This document shows, piece after piece, positions 31,753 to 34,796 of a stretch of 34,796 nt of DNA. Numbering within the stretch: position 1 is the stretch's first letter; each line of letters starts with the position of its first letter. The stretch comes from Catajapyx aquilonaris (lineage: Eukaryota), in assembly GCA_000934665.2 (NCBI GenBank), contig JYFJ02004109.1:1-34796 (forward strand), written 5' to 3'. Position numbers and translations under genes: made by a program. Below the pieces are notes generated by a model, which saw nothing but the letters and a program-made list of their open reading frames with translations, was not told the origin of the DNA and did not search any database.

Positions 31753-34700
31753 ATATAAACTTTTGCGGTTTACAGTGTCGCTAACTGTAGTTTAAGTTTC
31801 TCTCGAACGAAATTAAATTGCAGATTTACCAGGTAAAAAAAAGGTCCTTCTCATCCCCCCCCCCCCCCCCCNCCCCCATATGTCACGCATGTCACTTTCC
31901 ATGTGTCACCCCCCATAAGCCACGGGCACTGTGACGTCACTGACACTGGTCACCCCCACCCCCTGAGTAGCCGACTGTCACAATATTTATCGCCTTTTTT
32001 TAAGAGCAAAATAAAGAGGAAAGTACACGTACGCTGAACTGATGTGCACACAACCGGTCGCCGTCTGTCTGCTGAATGTGCACTGTATGTGTGTGAATGT
32101 GTGTGTGTGTTACATCCCTATACTAAGGGGGTGGGTGGGAAACCTCCTCAACTCTCTATAGTTGCAGCCAGGGGTCTGCCCAGTGGAGGTTGTTGATAGA
32201 CTTATCAGCAGTTTTTCACGAGCGTCGGCAACTCGCGCATGAGGGATGTTACTCTCCATTCAGAGGGTGTGTGGGGACGGATTATTATCACACGTCGTAT
32301 GTGTTTTATATCTTGCTCAGTGGGAGGGGGTGAGGCTTCCTCGCCCTTTGCCCCCTTCACAGCACTCAACATGCAGAGTGTGGAAAAACCTACTGCCCTA
32401 GTACCTACTATTACACAGCATGATTGTACAGGGTGAACACAAAAACAACCAGGAAGAGCACAATGTATAGGCGGATAAAATGCGTCGGCATTTGGAAGGG
32501 AAAACATCTGCATTGGTTTGCTGCGGACTGTGTGACATTTGGGCAACCCTGCTTCATTAATGACGCGACATTTACCCTTCCACTATATAATAAAGGCACG
32601 AGCATTGTCGTTTGAGCATACGTAACAATTATTCCGTTTGTCGACGGAACCCTCCGAAAGAGACTCCTCCGAGTGGATCACTGCTGACGTCAGTCCCCCC
32701 CGACGGACGGTGGTCGGTGGCCAATGAATAATGTCTGGCAAACCAACCCCCGTCACTCTCGTCATTGCGCCTATAATCGACAGCTGCTTACACCCACGCA
32801 CACTACGTACGCTCGAGCACAGTGTGTACAGTGTACGTGGGCGCGGAATAAAAACAACAATCAACCCGAAGCCACTTTTGGATCAACAGCACATCATGCC
32901 GGCCGGTATAAATCGAGGGTGATCCGAAGGGTCCTCCCAAAGGAATGTGACATTACCTGACACTGGGGAGGGAGGGGTGTCTGACCTGGGTGCTTGCTAT
33001 AATTTAGGACATTGTTTGGGTGAGTAGTGTACATGGCGCGTGAGTGACTCAGGTGTGACATGAAAGGCGACCCACCCACCGAAGGAAATTCTTTTGCGCA
33101 CGATGCCAGGCACGAAATGACGTCACTTACGCCAGTTTCAAGTCGCATTTTTATCAGCTGTAGGCTCCAGCAGACTTGGGAACACTGGCGAGACGTGATG
33201 CTTCAAATCTATGTGAACTCCGTACGCAATATAATCGCTCACTTCACACCTCTTGTTCAATATATGTACAGGTAGCCCAGATTAGCAATCTGACAGTACA
33301 GTGATGGACATGTGACGTACCTGTGGCGTCCCGACCCGATGGCGACAAAAGAGCGAATCGAAATATGCCCTCCGTACGACCACCTTCACTCGATTTACGA
33401 TCAAGGGCATAATTATATCGATTCGCTCTTTTACAGACGCAGGTCGTGGCGCCACCAGTCATGTGCAGTACTGTGAGGCAAAACGGGATGACCATACATA
33501 TACGAGGGGGCCGGTATAAAGCGGGGTTGTGACGTCACTCTCCCAGATACCAGATGATGGCGAAAATGCCAATTTTGCTGTTTCAGGAGGGGGTAAGGGC
33601 CAGTGTTACAGTGCGTGACATGGGGGTGCACCTCCCCATCCCCCAATTGACTGCTGGTTTTGTGGCATTCCTCTTGTAAGTTGGGGGGGGGGGGGGGGGT
33701 NTTGAGGGTGGGTGGGGTGAGGTGAGAGGAACGCGGTTTGGCGCCATCCAGTCCAGCGCACGCTTCAGCTCAACCTCCCTAAGCCCACCCCTCCTTTGGC
33801 ATGTTTCAAAGGGGGGTGAGAGAGAGAGAAGCGGGATTCCGGGCCAGAGAGAGAGGGTACCCCCAGTGGCCTCTCTCAAAAGCAACGTTGCCGCATCTTA
33901 CGAGTCGGGATTCCCCCGGGTGGGTGGGTGGTAGTAAGGGGATACCACCATCCCCCCCCTCCTAAGGTACCAACACCAATGCACTATTTTCAAACCCCTC
34001 TCTTACCCCTCCAGCATCTCTCGACAGGATCGTGCCAGGTTGGAGGGGTTGCCTCTCAGCCACTTCCTAAATATGCAAGGACGATGACGTCGACCCCTCG
34101 AAGGACGGACAAGAGTACACGCAACACCAGCTGGCGCGGTCGCCAGACGCGATCCAGACGCGACCATGTCAGGCTTGTATCATTACATGTCCTGCAATTG
34201 GGTGCAGACACATCCGCAGAGAGAAAGAGAGAGAGAGATGAAAAGCGCCGTGAGAGCTTTTCATTTCAAGCCCAGAATCTCCATGACAACCTGCGACCCA
34301 ACACACTTCCAGGAAGAGACGTCTGAAAACTGAGTTACAATTTGCACGCTGAAGAAAACGCGCGCAGAGCAGTGCCAGCAGCGGGACAGACATCGCTTGT
34401 TTTGGACCGGAAAATCTCGCGGGAAAATGGTCAACACTGGACATTTACTGCGGAGTGTTCCGGAGGATTATCCGAGAACTATAAAACTCGTTGCCAAATT
34501 TTGGCCACACTGCTTGACCCACCGGCGGCGGCGGACGTAGTACGATAGGCCACTACCAGTTGGCGCAATACGCACACTCCTGCCCATGGTCATAGAAAGT
34601 AAAGGTCTGGACACTCCCACCTACCCCCTGCCGGGGCGTTTTGCAGAAGGTGCTCACTTGAGAGCGCCATGAGACATTTCACTCTCCGGATAAGTGGCGA

Positions 34701-34796
34701 GTGGCGACCCTACCGGACTAGGCTGAACTTTATAGGTACAAAAGGGAAGCGCTACATTGGGGGACCCAACATGGTCGCCGGCGCCCATGTTGGGTC

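Noticed and set aside
33501..33540. TACGAGGGGG resembling a mariner TIR start next to TATAAA and a CRE
   Set aside because: No matching right TIR or transposase remnant found in the window; promoter role unsupported.
31000..34796. Searched by eye for Mad/Medea/Shn silencer elements (GRCGNC-N5-GTCTG) implying shn autoregulation
   Set aside because: Only partial GC-box or AGAC matches with wrong spacing were seen; a formal motif scan would be needed.

Overview
Eukaryotic genomic DNA, very probably arthropod, with compact GT-AG introns (about 60-120 nt where resolved). All gene models were assembled by eye from splice consensus and reading-frame phase. From left to right the window holds: (1) the 3' end of an animal heme-peroxidase gene (+), with up to three phase-compatible alternative C-termini; (2) a large Pro/Gly/Thr-rich coding exon at 6.1-6.9 kb; (3) several non-autonomous DNA transposons, including a decayed mariner carrying a nested hairpin MITE; (4) two divergent eclosion hormone (EH) paralogues arranged tail-to-tail 956 bp apart, an EH2/crustacean-like gene on + and an insect-EH-like gene on - whose leader contains a microsatellite-encoded poly-Trp run; (5) a three-exon orphan gene (-); (6) an eight-exon schnurri/HIVEP zinc-finger gene (-), about 1691 aa with 9 C2H2 fingers, whose 5' end is unresolved. 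The convergent EH pair is the most notable element. No prokaryotic features, CRISPR arrays, rRNA or tRNA genes were recognised.
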